From assembly GCF_009711715.1 (NCBI RefSeq), contig NZ_VENF01000010.1, positions 526-64,525 on the forward strand: 64,000 bases of DNA, given 5' to 3'. The DNA is from Methylophaga sp. GTDB taxonomy: Bacteria; Pseudomonadota; Gammaproteobacteria; Nitrosococcales; Methylophagaceae. Made by a program: the position numbers and the translations under genes. Positions 9,203-21,141 of the stretch are shown in pieces. Within the stretch, counting starts at the first letter, position 1; every line of letters begins with the position of its first letter. The notes beneath the pieces are model-generated. The model had not been told where the DNA came from. It did not search any database and saw nothing but the letters and a program-made list of their open reading frames with translations.

Positions 9203-10648
9203 ATGGGACAGCTGCTATTCAGACAGAAATCACCTGAAGTACCCAGTGCCTGGGCCAGATTGCGATGGTATGGCCCGGGTTTGTTGTGGATGCTTTCTGC
9301 TGTGGGGACCGGTTCGATTCTATTCACCCCACGTGTAGCTGCGGTTTATGAGTATCAGCTGTTTTGGCTGTTACTGCTCGTCGTTTTTTTCATGTGGATC
9401 ATGATTCGCGAGATGGCGAGATTCTCTATTGCCAGCGGGAAAACCATGCTGGAGGGTATGTATACTCTGGGCGGCCCGAAGGGCTGGGCGGTCTGGTTTA
9501 TTTTTGTGCCTCAGTTATTGGCAGCCAGTATCGGCATAGCCGGCCTTTCTGGCGTTGTGGGCAGCGCGCTGCAAAGTGTTTTACCGGGAAGCGGGAGTTT
9601 GTATGCTTGCCTGTTGATTGTTGTCAGTACGATCTTTGTAGCCTCAGGCAAGTATCTGATTATTGAGCGTTTCAGCCGGAGCATGGCGATTATGCTGATG
9701 GCGATGGTTATCCTGTCAGCTGTGGTGGTTTCACCGGACTTAGCCCAGCTTGCAAAGGGCCTGAAGCCTTCCTGGCCTGAGCAACCTGACCTCTATATTA
9801 TTCTGCCCTGGGTGGGGACAATCCTGGCGGGTTCGATGGGCATTGTCTGGTTCGGTTACTGGACCGCTACCCGTGGATTCGGCGGTGGTCTTGAAACACT
9901 GGATCGTGATGACGAACAAGCAGACGGTTCCACCCAAACCGAGTTTGATCAAACCCGTCAGGCGAGAATTGACCGGGCCAAAAGCTGGGTTAGCGTGATG
10001 TCCGGTGCAGCGACATTGGGCGTTGTCGGCGGCTTGATTGTGATCAGTTCCTTTTTGATACTTGGCACCGAACTGCTGGCGCCGGATGGCACCGTTCCCA
10101 AGGGGGCTGATGTCGCAGTGGATTTAACCCGCCTTTTTTCAGATGTGTGGGGACAGGCCGGTGAGTATCTGTTACTGGCGGCGATTATTATTGCCCTGGG
10201 AGGCAGTGTGCTGGCCAACCAGGATGGCTGGGGGCGAAGTTTTGCCGATATCACCCTGATTCTTACCCGGCATCAGCGGGAAGCAGGGGAGCTTAACAAA
10301 GTCTTAAAAGCTATCCAGACTCTGGTTGCTAAAACAGGATTTTTATTATTTAAACGTCTGCACCTGAAAAGACTTTTCGTTGCTACCGTTACCGGGATCG
10401 TACCGATTGTGATTGTTATGTTGTTCAAAGACCCGGTCAAGGTGATGTCACTATCAGGCATTATCGCTGCGTTGCATACGCCGTTTATCGCGTTGACTGC
10501 TTTGTATGTCAACCGTACCCGACTACCGGAACAGATTAGACCCAATTTCTTCGAGACAAGCTGTATGTTCGCGGCCGGGCTGTTTTACCTGGGCTTTGCT
10601 GGGATTTTTGTCTGGGACTTGCTTGCTAACACAGGCGGAGGCAGTTAG
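9203..10648 (+). CDS. Nramp/MntH-related transporter (non-canonical)
   Basis: GPGLLWMLSAVGTGS in place of GPG...DPGN; YEYQLFW; about 11 TMs. Confidence 0.75.
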   Translation: MGQLLFRQKSPEVPSAWARLRWYGPGLLWMLSAVGTGSILFTPRVAAVYEYQLFWLLLLVVFFMWIMIREMARFSIASGKTMLEGMYTLGGPKGWAVWFIFVPQLLAASIGIAGLSGVVGSALQSVLPGSGSLYACLLIVVSTIFVASGKYLIIERFSRSMAIMLMAMVILSAVVVSPDLAQLAKGLKPSWPEQPDLYIILPWVGTILAGSMGIVWFGYWTATRGFGGGLETLDRDDEQADGSTQTEFDQTRQARIDRAKSWVSVMSGAATLGVVGGLIVISSFLILGTELLAPDGTVPKGADVAVDLTRLFSDVWGQAGEYLLLAAIIIALGGSVLANQDGWGRSFADITLILTRHQREAGELNKVLKAIQTLVAKTGFLLFKRLHLKRLFVATVTGIVPIVIVMLFKDPVKVMSLSGIIAALHTPFIALTALYVNRTRLPEQIRPNFFETSCMFAAGLFYLGFAGIFVWDLLANTGGGS

Positions 10649-10722
10649 TGATGTCAGAGCTAGCTTCAGCTAAGTCGCGCGGGCGAGGGTATTTATGACA
10701 GATGAAACAGGAATAACACTTT

Positions 10723-11439
10723 ATGAGTGACTGGCTTCAGTTAAGCCTGTTAACGCTGATGGCGGGGATGATGATGCCTGCCGGTGCGGCGTTGGCGAGC
10801 ATTGAACGTATCCAGCCGCGTTGGTTGGAGACTGAATTCAGGCATGCGGTGATTGCTTTTGGCGGCGGTGCCTTATTGGCAGCAGTGGCGCTGGTTCTTA
10901 TTCCGGAAGGTATCAAGGATCTGCCTGTCATGGCTGTTTGTGTCTGTTTTGCCGGTGGTGGTCTGGCATTCATGATGCTCGACAGATTTCTGGCTGCAAA
11001 AGGCAGCTCTGCCAGTCAGTTAGCTGCGATGCTGGCCGACTTTATTCCTGAAGCAATGGCAATGGGGGCAACGTTTACTGTTTCTCCTGAGGCGGGCCTG
11101 TTGCTGGCATTGATTATCGCTTTGCAGAATCTGCCTGAAGGTTTTAATGCTTACCGGGAGTTGGCAGAATCAACGCGCAATCGACCTGTCTATCTGATCA
11201 TCGCTTTTCTGTTAATGGCATTGCTTGGGCCGCTAGCCGGTCTCACCGGCCATTTTTTCCTGGCAGCGTATAAAACCGTCATTGCTGGCATTATGGTATT
11301 TGCTGCAGGCGGTATTCTTTATCTTATCTTTCAGGATATTGCACCGCAGGCCAGGTTGAAAAACCATTATGCGCCACCACTGGCTGCGCTTGGCGGTTTT
11401 CTACTGGGCTTGATTGGACATATGCTGTTAACACCCTAA
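10723..11439 (+). CDS. ZIP (ZupT/GufA) family metal transporter
   Basis: AFGGGALL, DFIPEAMAMG, LQNLPEGF, FAAGGILY. Confidence 0.88.
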   Translation: MSDWLQLSLLTLMAGMMMPAGAALASIERIQPRWLETEFRHAVIAFGGGALLAAVALVLIPEGIKDLPVMAVCVCFAGGGLAFMMLDRFLAAKGSSASQLAAMLADFIPEAMAMGATFTVSPEAGLLLALIIALQNLPEGFNAYRELAESTRNRPVYLIIAFLLMALLGPLAGLTGHFFLAAYKTVIAGIMVFAAGGILYLIFQDIAPQARLKNHYAPPLAALGGFLLGLIGHMLLTP

Positions 11440-11669
11440 AACAAACTCAGCCACAGGAGTAATCTGCGTCCTCTTCACATTGCACGTTGCCATGAATGAA
11501 CGAAAGTGGTTAAAGCCTGTCACAAGCTTTTGATTAAGCTATTTATGCTGTGTTAGCTTAGTTAATTGTGTTGAAAACATGGCTGCAAGAGGTGAGGGGC
11601 CTGACAGTCGCAGCTTTCAGCCAAAGAGAGAGATAAATCCATCAATAACAACGAGAGGACAGGTGCTGT

Positions 11670-12221
11670 ATGGTGTCTGAAGGATTAAATAACAATACCC
11701 CATCGTGGGCCAGCATCCTTGGTGTGGTGGCTATCATGCTGGGGGTTTTTCTAACTGCCGTTCATGGCAACGAAGCAATGAAACAGTCTGTAATCGTCAA
11801 CAACATGCCCGCCAGCGGTGTGATGCCTGAAGCAGACTGTCCTGAAGAAGAGCTTGAAGAAGAAGGTATTACTGTCGCTGAATGTGAATATCTGATTGAC
11901 CACGTCAAAGGTATTGCAATGGCCGCCCCTGACTGGTTCCCCACTGCACAAATAACACTCGCCGGTATCGGTGCTGTGCTGGCATTTCTCTCCATCATTA
12001 TTGGTGGTGCACTGGTGAATTACACTCCCTGGGCTTCGAAAGCGGCTGTGGCCGTATTCAGTGGTCTGGCTGCCGTTGACCTGCTGCAGTTTGCAGCTGT
12101 GGTAAACACCGGCCCGACTCTTCGAGAAGTCTATCTGGGTGGCATTCTGCTCTGGTTTGTCCTGCATCTGATGCTAGTCGTCGGTGCACTGGCGGGCAGA
12201 CACACAGAAGCTGAAGCTTAA
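11670..12221 (+). CDS. Hypothetical membrane protein with a periplasmic acidic Cys-pair segment
   Basis: N-terminal TM, then DCPEEELEEEGITVAEC, then 3 TMs; GAGAGGA RBS. Confidence 0.75.
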   Translation: MVSEGLNNNTPSWASILGVVAIMLGVFLTAVHGNEAMKQSVIVNNMPASGVMPEADCPEEELEEEGITVAECEYLIDHVKGIAMAAPDWFPTAQITLAGIGAVLAFLSIIIGGALVNYTPWASKAAVAVFSGLAAVDLLQFAAVVNTGPTLREVYLGGILLWFVLHLMLVVGALAGRHTEAEA

Positions 12222-12260
12222 TTCTTCAATCATTGCAACGAACTATAAACGGAAGCTGTT

Positions 12261-12803
12261 ATGCAAAGACAAGGTTTTAACAGAACGGCGGTAATCCTGC
12301 ATTGGTTGCTGGCTGTTTCAATTTTCTTTTTATTCATTTCCAGTTGGTGGATGATGGGGCTACCGTTGCCATCACCGGAATTGCAGTTCCGGGCTTTCCC
12401 GTTCCAACTGCATAAAAATATCGGTATCACCCTGGTTATTATTATTCTGATGCTGCTGTATGTGCGTTTGTGCCATCGTCCGGCGCCGGTGGACTCGACG
12501 CATATGACCGGCTGGATGCATTGGCTTGCGATACTGGCACATGTGGCGATTTATGGTCTGGTGCTGGCCGTGTGTATCACTGGTTATATGTCATCAGCGC
12601 ATACCCGCTGGGATACCGTGTGGTGGTGGACTATCGAGTTTCCACGTATTGCGGCACCGGATGAAGAAATGAACGAGTTCTGGGGTGAACTGCATACCTA
12701 TGCAGCCTGGGCCTTGCTCGGTATCGTCGCGGTTCACGTCAGCGGAGCGATTTATCATGCTTTCCGCAACGACGGTATTGTGCGTCGTATGATGCGCTGG
12801 TAA
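12261..12803 (+). CDS. Cytochrome b561 (YceI/YceJ/CybB-like diheme membrane cytochrome)
   Basis: LHWLLA, LHKNIG, LAHVAIY, LHTYAAW, HVSGAIYH heme-ligand pattern. Confidence 0.92.
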   Translation: MQRQGFNRTAVILHWLLAVSIFFLFISSWWMMGLPLPSPELQFRAFPFQLHKNIGITLVIIILMLLYVRLCHRPAPVDSTHMTGWMHWLAILAHVAIYGLVLAVCITGYMSSAHTRWDTVWWWTIEFPRIAAPDEEMNEFWGELHTYAAWALLGIVAVHVSGAIYHAFRNDGIVRRMMRW

Positions 12804-12820
12804 ATGTGCCAGAAATAAAG

Positions 12821-12853
12821 AAAAATGGGTCGCTTTGGCGGCCCATTTTTTTT
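12821..12853 (+). terminator. Rho-independent terminator (bidirectional-looking)
   Basis: AAAAATGGGTCGC-tttg-GCGGCCCATTTTTTTT. Confidence 0.85.
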
Positions 12854-13147
12854 GTCCGTCACAAACGCAACTGACAGCGTCGATGATGGCGAATGATAAC
12901 CAGCTTTGCTGGCAATGATTTTTGGTTTCTTGCCCGGGTTTCTGGTGATGCTTGCCGGTCTGGAAGAAAAAACCGTATTCTGGTTCCAGGCAGTGGCTGA
13001 TTTGTGCCGTTATCAGTGGTGTCTGATCGGTTAGAAAACGGTGAGGAACAGAATCCCGTCACATCGTCTCATACTGACACCGCCATTGAAGTACAGACGC
13101 AGCAAAGCCCGGAAAGTTGAACAGTCAGACTATCAGGAGAGCACTAT

Positions 13148-13504
13148 ATGGAGGACCCGAGAGTATTCTTCGCTGCTGAACGCACTTTGCTGGCCTGGCA
13201 GCGCACCGGCATGGTGTTGATGGCGTTTGGTTTTGTTGTCGAACGTGCCGGTTTATTGCTGAAAGTCCTGGGGAAGGTGAACCCAATTCACGATTTGACG
13301 CTGTTCTGGCTGGGTATGGTGTTTATGCTGCTCGGTGTACTGACTATTGTCATCGCGGTGTTTCAGTTCTCCCGGTTGCTACCTTCTTTCTCAGAGGTTG
13401 AGCGTCCTGCCGGCTACCGGGTGGGCATCAGTCTTGGTCTGAACCTGCTGGTCGCCATGGCCGGCCTGATTATGTTGTTGTTACTGTTATTCCTGCGTTT
13501 CTGA
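13148..13504 (+). CDS. DUF202 (YidH-like) inner membrane protein
   Basis: DPRVFFAAERTLLAWQRT motif; 3 TMs; AGGAG RBS. Confidence 0.9.
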   Translation: MEDPRVFFAAERTLLAWQRTGMVLMAFGFVVERAGLLLKVLGKVNPIHDLTLFWLGMVFMLLGVLTIVIAVFQFSRLLPSFSEVERPAGYRVGISLGLNLLVAMAGLIMLLLLLFLRF

Positions 13505-13574
13505 TCGAGTCACTTGCATCGGCTGAGAGGAGAGAGGCATACTCAGTCACTCAAAATAAGACAAGGAGGAAAAT

Positions 13575-13724
13575 ATGACTATTTCTTTAACGCCGCTTAT
13601 CTCGCTGATCGCCGGTATCCTGGTACTACTGATACCGCGTTTGCTCAATTATATCGTTGCTGTTTACCTGATTCTGATCGGGCTGGTTGGACTGTTTGGC
13701 GGTAACCTCAACATAACACCATAA
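13575..13724 (+). CDS. Small two-TM protein, DUF3096-like (49 aa)
   Basis: MTISLTPLISLIAGILVLLIPRLLNYIVAVYLILIGLVGLFGGNLNITP; strong AAGGAGG RBS; below the ORF-track cutoff. Confidence 0.85.
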   Translation: MTISLTPLISLIAGILVLLIPRLLNYIVAVYLILIGLVGLFGGNLNITP

Positions 13725-13725
13725 A

Positions 13726-13741
13726 TGTGAGATTAGTCACA
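13726..13741. promoter_or_regulatory. CRP-family box
   Basis: aaaTGTGA-gattag-TCACAaaa, perfect core consensus. Confidence 0.7.
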
Positions 13742-13840
13742 AAAAGGAGCAATCAGCCTTAAGTTATGTCGAGACCGTTGACAGTGCTTGTGGCACTGAG
13801 GGTCACTTGCAAATCCAAATTATTTATAAGGAGGAAATGC

Positions 13841-14065
13841 ATGAGACACGCCAAGCTTTTCGCTTTGATGATTCCTTTTCTGAGTCCAGCAGTCATCGTT
13901 GCCGACTCACCTTTCACTAAACCTGATGGTACCTGGGTGAACCTCAGTGGTACGGCGATAGAAACCGATGCTAACGGCTTTGTGACCGGCAATATGGAAA
14001 AAAATATTATTGATACTATGGAGCTGGAAGCTGACACGCTCGTCACTCTCGACGAACAGGCCTGA
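13841..14065 (+). pseudogene. Short secreted protein; probably an internally deleted tandem OB-fold (BOF-like) gene
   Basis: AAGGAGG RBS and signal peptide, then PFTKPDGTWVNLSGT joined directly to VTGNMEKNIIDTMELEADTLVTL; these resemble the first and last strands of longer two-repeat periplasmic proteins (recognised from memory). Confidence 0.45.
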
Positions 14066-14085
14066 TTAAAACACTTCAGTTGAAT

Positions 14086-14119
14086 AAAAGCGCCCCGCGA
14101 TCATGCCGGGGCGTTTTTT
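14086..14119. terminator. Bidirectional Rho-independent terminator between convergent genes
   Basis: AAAAGCGCCCCG...CGGGGCGTTTTTT. Confidence 0.8.
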
Positions 14120-14122
14120 CTT

Positions 14123-15793
14123 TCATTCATTCCCCGCCCTTAGCAAAGGCAATATTTCACGAAGTGGCTGCTCCGGCAGACTGACCAGTGTTCTTTTGTT
14201 GTTGCCTTCTATCGCGAGCAGACTTATCAGACCGTTGAGCGCGTGACAAACAGCATCCGTTCTGACCGTCCAGGTATTAAAGTTGGTGATCATGCCGCCA
14301 TGGGCGCGGTCCGGATTGGCAATATCGTAGCTGTTTTGTGGATTGTAGGCATTTTGTATCAGCCAGCGACTGGTTCGCCACATGGCTTCACGATAATGCT
14401 GACAGTCGGTGAGCTGTTGTTGTGAACAGAAGTTATACCATTCACCCATCACTTCATTAATCCAGCCGTTACCACTGGTCGTCATCGCATCCAGATAACG
14501 GCCATGGCTGAATAAATCGCTGTGACTGACAATCTGCCGCTGCAGCAAGACATCCGCGATTTCAATAATCGTTTTGCGGTAGACCGGTGCCGGATCAACT
14601 TTCGCCAGATCTATTAAAGACATCATGACCCAGCTGGATGATATCGAGTTGGCCGGGCGGTAGTCGTCGGCAACCAGCGGCCCCTGTTCAGCGACCTCGC
14701 TGAGTAACAACTCGGCAATCTTATGTGCACCATCAAGATAGTGGCTGTCGCCCGTGACCCCATAAAGCCGGGATAAAGCCGATAACACCTGACCGGTGTA
14801 AAGAAATGACTGCTTATCTTTGAGTGTCCACGCGCCATCTTTGCAGCGGGCAACCGGAATCACGTTGCCGTCATCTTTGATCATTGTCAGTAACCAGTTC
14901 CCGGCCGCTTTGGCAGCATCCAGATAAACCCGGTTTTGCGGTTCATGCTGATTCATCAGCAACAGGGTGAAAATGGTTTTAGACGTGGTGCCAACCACTA
15001 TCCGGCAGGTACCTTTGCCGGTTTCGGGGTTGAATCCGTAGTCAAAACCACCGGCATGAGGCCCGGTTTTTAATTGCCGGGCCAGAAGAAAGTCGGCGAT
15101 GTCAGCAAAGCGGGCTTCAATATCGGGATCAGGCTGTAATGCATTGAGTCGGATCAGTGTGTAGAGTGCGGTCGCGGAATAGGTGGTGCGCAGCAGATCT
15201 TCCGCTTCATCCTTATCAGCATTGTAGAATTTAAAAAATCCATGTAACGCCGGATCCTGCTGGCGCAGCAAATAGGCGAGGCTGGCATCAATCTGAGTTT
15301 GAATATCCTCGTTATTTAATGACCTCACCGCCACACGATGACCCAGTGATTCGACACCACGCCCTTTGTAGTCAATGATGCTGTAACGCCGTGACGGGTG
15401 ATAATCGAACGCGATTTTGAAGCGGTAATTCTCGACAATGGCTGGATCAACTTTCCCACCGGCCTGCATTGTTTTCAAAGTGGCCTGTCGCAGGGTCGAT
15501 GTCAGATCTTTGCCATTGGCGCTTGCTTTACCGACCAGATCGCCACGATGATAAGCGCTGACAGTAATTTGCCAGTTGGTACGTTGATAGTGGTTATCCC
15601 AGTCCCGTTCCAACTGGTTAAGCTCGGCCAGTGGTGCCTGCTGAATATGCTCTTGCGCGACGGCCCACACAAAATCGACAACCTGATCACGGAATACGTC
15701 GTGAGACACATCCGGTACAAATAACTTTCTATCAGCTAATGACGATGTTGATAACAGCAGCAGAACGCAGAACAAAAAAGGATACTTATTCAT
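14123..15793 (-). CDS. Secreted protein with probable (alpha/alpha)6 barrel (prenyltransferase/glycosidase-like) and N-terminal AMMECR1-like segment
   Basis: AAGGAGG RBS before ATG 15793; signal peptide; repeated helical motifs (YLDAAKAAGNWLL, YLDGAHKIAELLL, WLIQNAY); HGG...RTDAVCHALNGL. Confidence 0.65.
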   Translation of the reverse strand: MNKYPFLFCVLLLLSTSSLADRKLFVPDVSHDVFRDQVVDFVWAVAQEHIQQAPLAELNQLERDWDNHYQRTNWQITVSAYHRGDLVGKASANGKDLTSTLRQATLKTMQAGGKVDPAIVENYRFKIAFDYHPSRRYSIIDYKGRGVESLGHRVAVRSLNNEDIQTQIDASLAYLLRQQDPALHGFFKFYNADKDEAEDLLRTTYSATALYTLIRLNALQPDPDIEARFADIADFLLARQLKTGPHAGGFDYGFNPETGKGTCRIVVGTTSKTIFTLLLMNQHEPQNRVYLDAAKAAGNWLLTMIKDDGNVIPVARCKDGAWTLKDKQSFLYTGQVLSALSRLYGVTGDSHYLDGAHKIAELLLSEVAEQGPLVADDYRPANSISSSWVMMSLIDLAKVDPAPVYRKTIIEIADVLLQRQIVSHSDLFSHGRYLDAMTTSGNGWINEVMGEWYNFCSQQQLTDCQHYREAMWRTSRWLIQNAYNPQNSYDIANPDRAHGGMITNFNTWTVRTDAVCHALNGLISLLAIEGNNKRTLVSLPEQPLREILPLLRAGNE

Positions 15794-15899
15794 CGACGCC
15801 TCCTTGAGGAGATCAGATTCTAGCACCGCTTAAATCAGCTCATGACAGAATATTCAAAAGCGTTACAGAACCAAGTTAGCATGGGGGATTGAGGCAGCC

Positions 15900-15915
15900 T
15901 GTGGCTGACATCACA
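15900..15915. promoter_or_regulatory. CRP-family box (one mismatch)
   Basis: TGTGG-ctgaca-TCACA in the divergent intergenic region. Confidence 0.4.
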
Positions 15916-15958
15916 AAAGTCGCTATGATAGAGCCTGTCACAAGCTAGGGGTAAAAGG

Positions 15959-16573
15959 ATGCATCCAATTGAACTACTGGGGCTATGCCTTGCTCTGATC
16001 TCTATGGCTGCGTTACCGGGATTGAGTGTGGTGATGGTCACGTCAGAAACACTGGCCAGGGGGTTACGTTCCGGTGTGTATACGGCTGCGGGCATTGTGG
16101 CCGGGGATGTTATCTGGCTCCTGCTGGCATTGTCAGGCCTGGTGACAATCTACCCATTATTGGAAAATCACTGGTTTATAGTGAGATCTATCGCCGCTGT
16201 TTTCCTTGCTTATCTCGGCATTCGGCTTATTTGGCCAAAGCAGAACAAAGCCGGTCAATCTGTATCGGCAGTTTACAGCAATGAATGGCAGGGATTTATA
16301 GCGGGACTGATGCTGACGCTGGCCGATGTTAAAGCCATTTTGTTTTATATGGCCATTTTGCCGGCTTTTGTTGAAGTGTCGAGCTTAGCCCTGTTCGATA
16401 TGGTTATTCTGCTCATCATTACCATTCTCAGCGTAGCGATAAGCAAACTCGCTTATGTCGTGGCAGCAGTTAAACTGGGTGAAAAACTATCGTTCACATC
16501 ACTGGACAAATTACGCTTTCTTTTTGCCATCATACTTTTTGTCATTGCTGCCTGGCTGTTGATACAAGCCTGA
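15959..16573 (+). CDS. LysE/RhtB family translocator
   Basis: PGLSVVMV...LARGLRSG...G...GD, AYLGIRL, F..GL..TL.DVKAILFY. Confidence 0.9.
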   Translation: MHPIELLGLCLALISMAALPGLSVVMVTSETLARGLRSGVYTAAGIVAGDVIWLLLALSGLVTIYPLLENHWFIVRSIAAVFLAYLGIRLIWPKQNKAGQSVSAVYSNEWQGFIAGLMLTLADVKAILFYMAILPAFVEVSSLALFDMVILLIITILSVAISKLAYVVAAVKLGEKLSFTSLDKLRFLFAIILFVIAAWLLIQA

Positions 16574-16670
16574 GCCGTAACTTTTGATTAATGTACACAG
16601 AATTGTTTATTCAATGAAACTGAAGATGAGAAAGCAGGTCAGTTAAGCGATAATATAGGTATTTATTGCA

Positions 16671-16883
16671 GTGTCAGTGACTATGACCGAAAATAATCAG
16701 GCCGAACTGGACGAAGTAATCTGCGATTGCAGCGGCACCACCCGCGGCAAGATTCTGAGTCTGGTTGAACAGGGCATCATCGACCCCGATACCATCTCCC
16801 GTAAAACCGGAGCGATCTCCGGTTGCGGCTCCTGTGAATGGGATATTGAATCCATTCTGGACCAGGCGATAGCCAGGCTCTAA
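16671..16883 (+). CDS. BFD-like [2Fe-2S]-binding small protein
   Basis: ICDCSG ... TGAISGCGSC; the start may be ATG 16683. Confidence 0.85.
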   Translation: MSVTMTENNQAELDEVICDCSGTTRGKILSLVEQGIIDPDTISRKTGAISGCGSCEWDIESILDQAIARL

Positions 16884-17618
16884 TCAGGCTTGTTTCAGAT
16901 TTTCCAGATACAGTACCGTCGCACCGGCCACAGCAGCCGGAATCACCAGAAAATTCACGATCGGAATCATCGTCGCCAGCATCGTGGCACCGCCGAAACC
17001 CAGCGCCAGTCCCCGGTTGTTTCTGAGTATATTACGCTGCTGACGGAAATCCAGCTGATGGTTACCCATCGGATAATCATGATAATCCAGCGCTAAAGTC
17101 CAACTGGTGAACAACAGCCACAAGGCCGGGGCGAACAGATTAAGGCCCGGTATCCACGACAGAATAAATAAAGGAATAACCCACAGCAGCAGGTAGCTGG
17201 TCTTACGCAGCTCATTGAAGATCATTTTGGGACTGTCTTTGAGCATCTGTGACCAGGGCATATCCGGAGGGGGAGTGCCGGCCACATTCTTTTCCACCAT
17301 CTCCGCCAGAATGCCGTTAAAGGGCGCAGCAAGAATATTAGCTACGACTGAAAAGGTGAAGAACACAATAATCACCAGCAACAATACAAACAGCGGCCAG
17401 ATCAGCCAGGTCAGCACACTTTCCAGCCAGGTCGGCAGCCAGTCCGGCATCAGCGCATCCAGCCAGCTGCCGAAATTCGACATCCCGAACCAGATAGCAA
17501 CGCTGAATAAGACTGTATTAATCAACATTGGCAGATAGGCGAACCGACGCACGCCGGGCTGATTAATAAGCGAAAATCCCTGGAGCAGATAGCGGGCGCC
17601 TCGGACAATATTCTGCAT
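16884..17618 (-). CDS. cysZ: Sulfate transporter CysZ (EI24 domain)
   Basis: GARYLLQGFSLI..PGVRRF, ANILAAPFNGILAEMVE, LDYHDYPMGNH, FGG, IPIVN. Confidence 0.92.
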   Translation of the reverse strand: MQNIVRGARYLLQGFSLINQPGVRRFAYLPMLINTVLFSVAIWFGMSNFGSWLDALMPDWLPTWLESVLTWLIWPLFVLLLVIIVFFTFSVVANILAAPFNGILAEMVEKNVAGTPPPDMPWSQMLKDSPKMIFNELRKTSYLLLWVIPLFILSWIPGLNLFAPALWLLFTSWTLALDYHDYPMGNHQLDFRQQRNILRNNRGLALGFGGATMLATMIPIVNFLVIPAAVAGATVLYLENLKQA

Positions 17619-17846
17619 GATTACCTCTGAAATTTATGCGTGGTAAATTGCCATCAGTGCATTACAGGCCGGTGAAATGAGCCGGCCCTGTTAACAAGTC
17701 ATTCCGAAAGTCTATGCCTAGTTTGCCACAGACAAATATAAGCGCCACAGGGGTTTGCGATGTTTGCTCATTAACGGAAGTCGAAAGCTTGAAAAAGTCA
17801 TCATGGCTGTGAAAGCATGATGTAATCAGTTTATATCTGATCATTA

Positions 17847-17878
17847 GCTGTTCCGGCACCAACAGGTGCCGGAACAGC
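17847..17878. terminator. Perfect 14-bp stem-loop downstream of queF
   Basis: GCTGTTCCGGCACC-aaca-GGTGCCGGAACAGC; weak U tract. Confidence 0.6.
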
Positions 17879-17902
17879 CATTAAGCGGTGTTTAGCTGGA
17901 TA

Positions 17903-18292
17903 TTAGGGCAGGTGAACCGGTGTGGGGGGGACCCAGCCTTCTTTACGGTGCTCAGCGACGACGGTCGTATAAACGCCACCACGTACATTGAAGATCCCGG
18001 TCACGCGCATAAAGCGTGGGTCGCAGGCCGCGACCAGATCGTTCAGAATTGTGTTGGTTACTTTTTCGTGGAAAGCCCCTTCATCACGATAAGACCACAT
18101 ATATAATTTGAATGATTTCAACTCGACGCATTTCTGATCGGGTACATAATCAAGCTTAATCGTGGCAAAATCAGGCTGGCCGGTTTTAGGGCAGAGACAG
18201 GTAAATTCAGGTGTCTCGATGTGAATGCTATAATCACGCTCGGGCGTGGCGTTATCAAAGGTTTCCAGATGTTTGCTTGGTTGAGTGGACAT
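17903..18292 (-). CDS. queF: NADPH-dependent 7-cyano-7-deazaguanine (preQ0) reductase, short type
   Basis: [37 protein letters not shown]; start MSTQP at 18292. Confidence 0.95.
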   Translation of the reverse strand: MSTQPSKHLETFDNATPERDYSIHIETPEFTCLCPKTGQPDFATIKLDYVPDQKCVELKSFKLYMWSYRDEGAFHEKVTNTILNDLVAACDPRFMRVTGIFNVRGGVYTTVVAEHRKEGWVPPTPVHLP

Positions 18293-18350
18293 GGACAATC
18301 TCAAATTGAAGTTAAACGGCTATTATCTCTTAACTAAAAGATTAAATTAA

Positions 18351-21138
<2,788 letters not shown>

Positions 21139-21141
21139 TTT

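Noticed and set aside
12859-13062. Possible small gene after the cytochrome b561 terminator
   Set aside because: Only short open frames without RBS or recognisable motifs on either strand.
13514-13705. 63-aa ORF from the track
   Set aside because: Wrong frame; the RBS-supported DUF3096-like ORF at 13575-13724 explains the region.
1984-16573. Genomic island or prophage with mobility genes
   Set aside because: Content looks accessory, but no integrase, transposase, tRNA att site or phage gene was recognised.
18293-18350. preQ1 riboswitch upstream of queF
   Set aside because: Short AT-rich spacer shared with zipA; no preQ1 aptamer motif or terminator seen.
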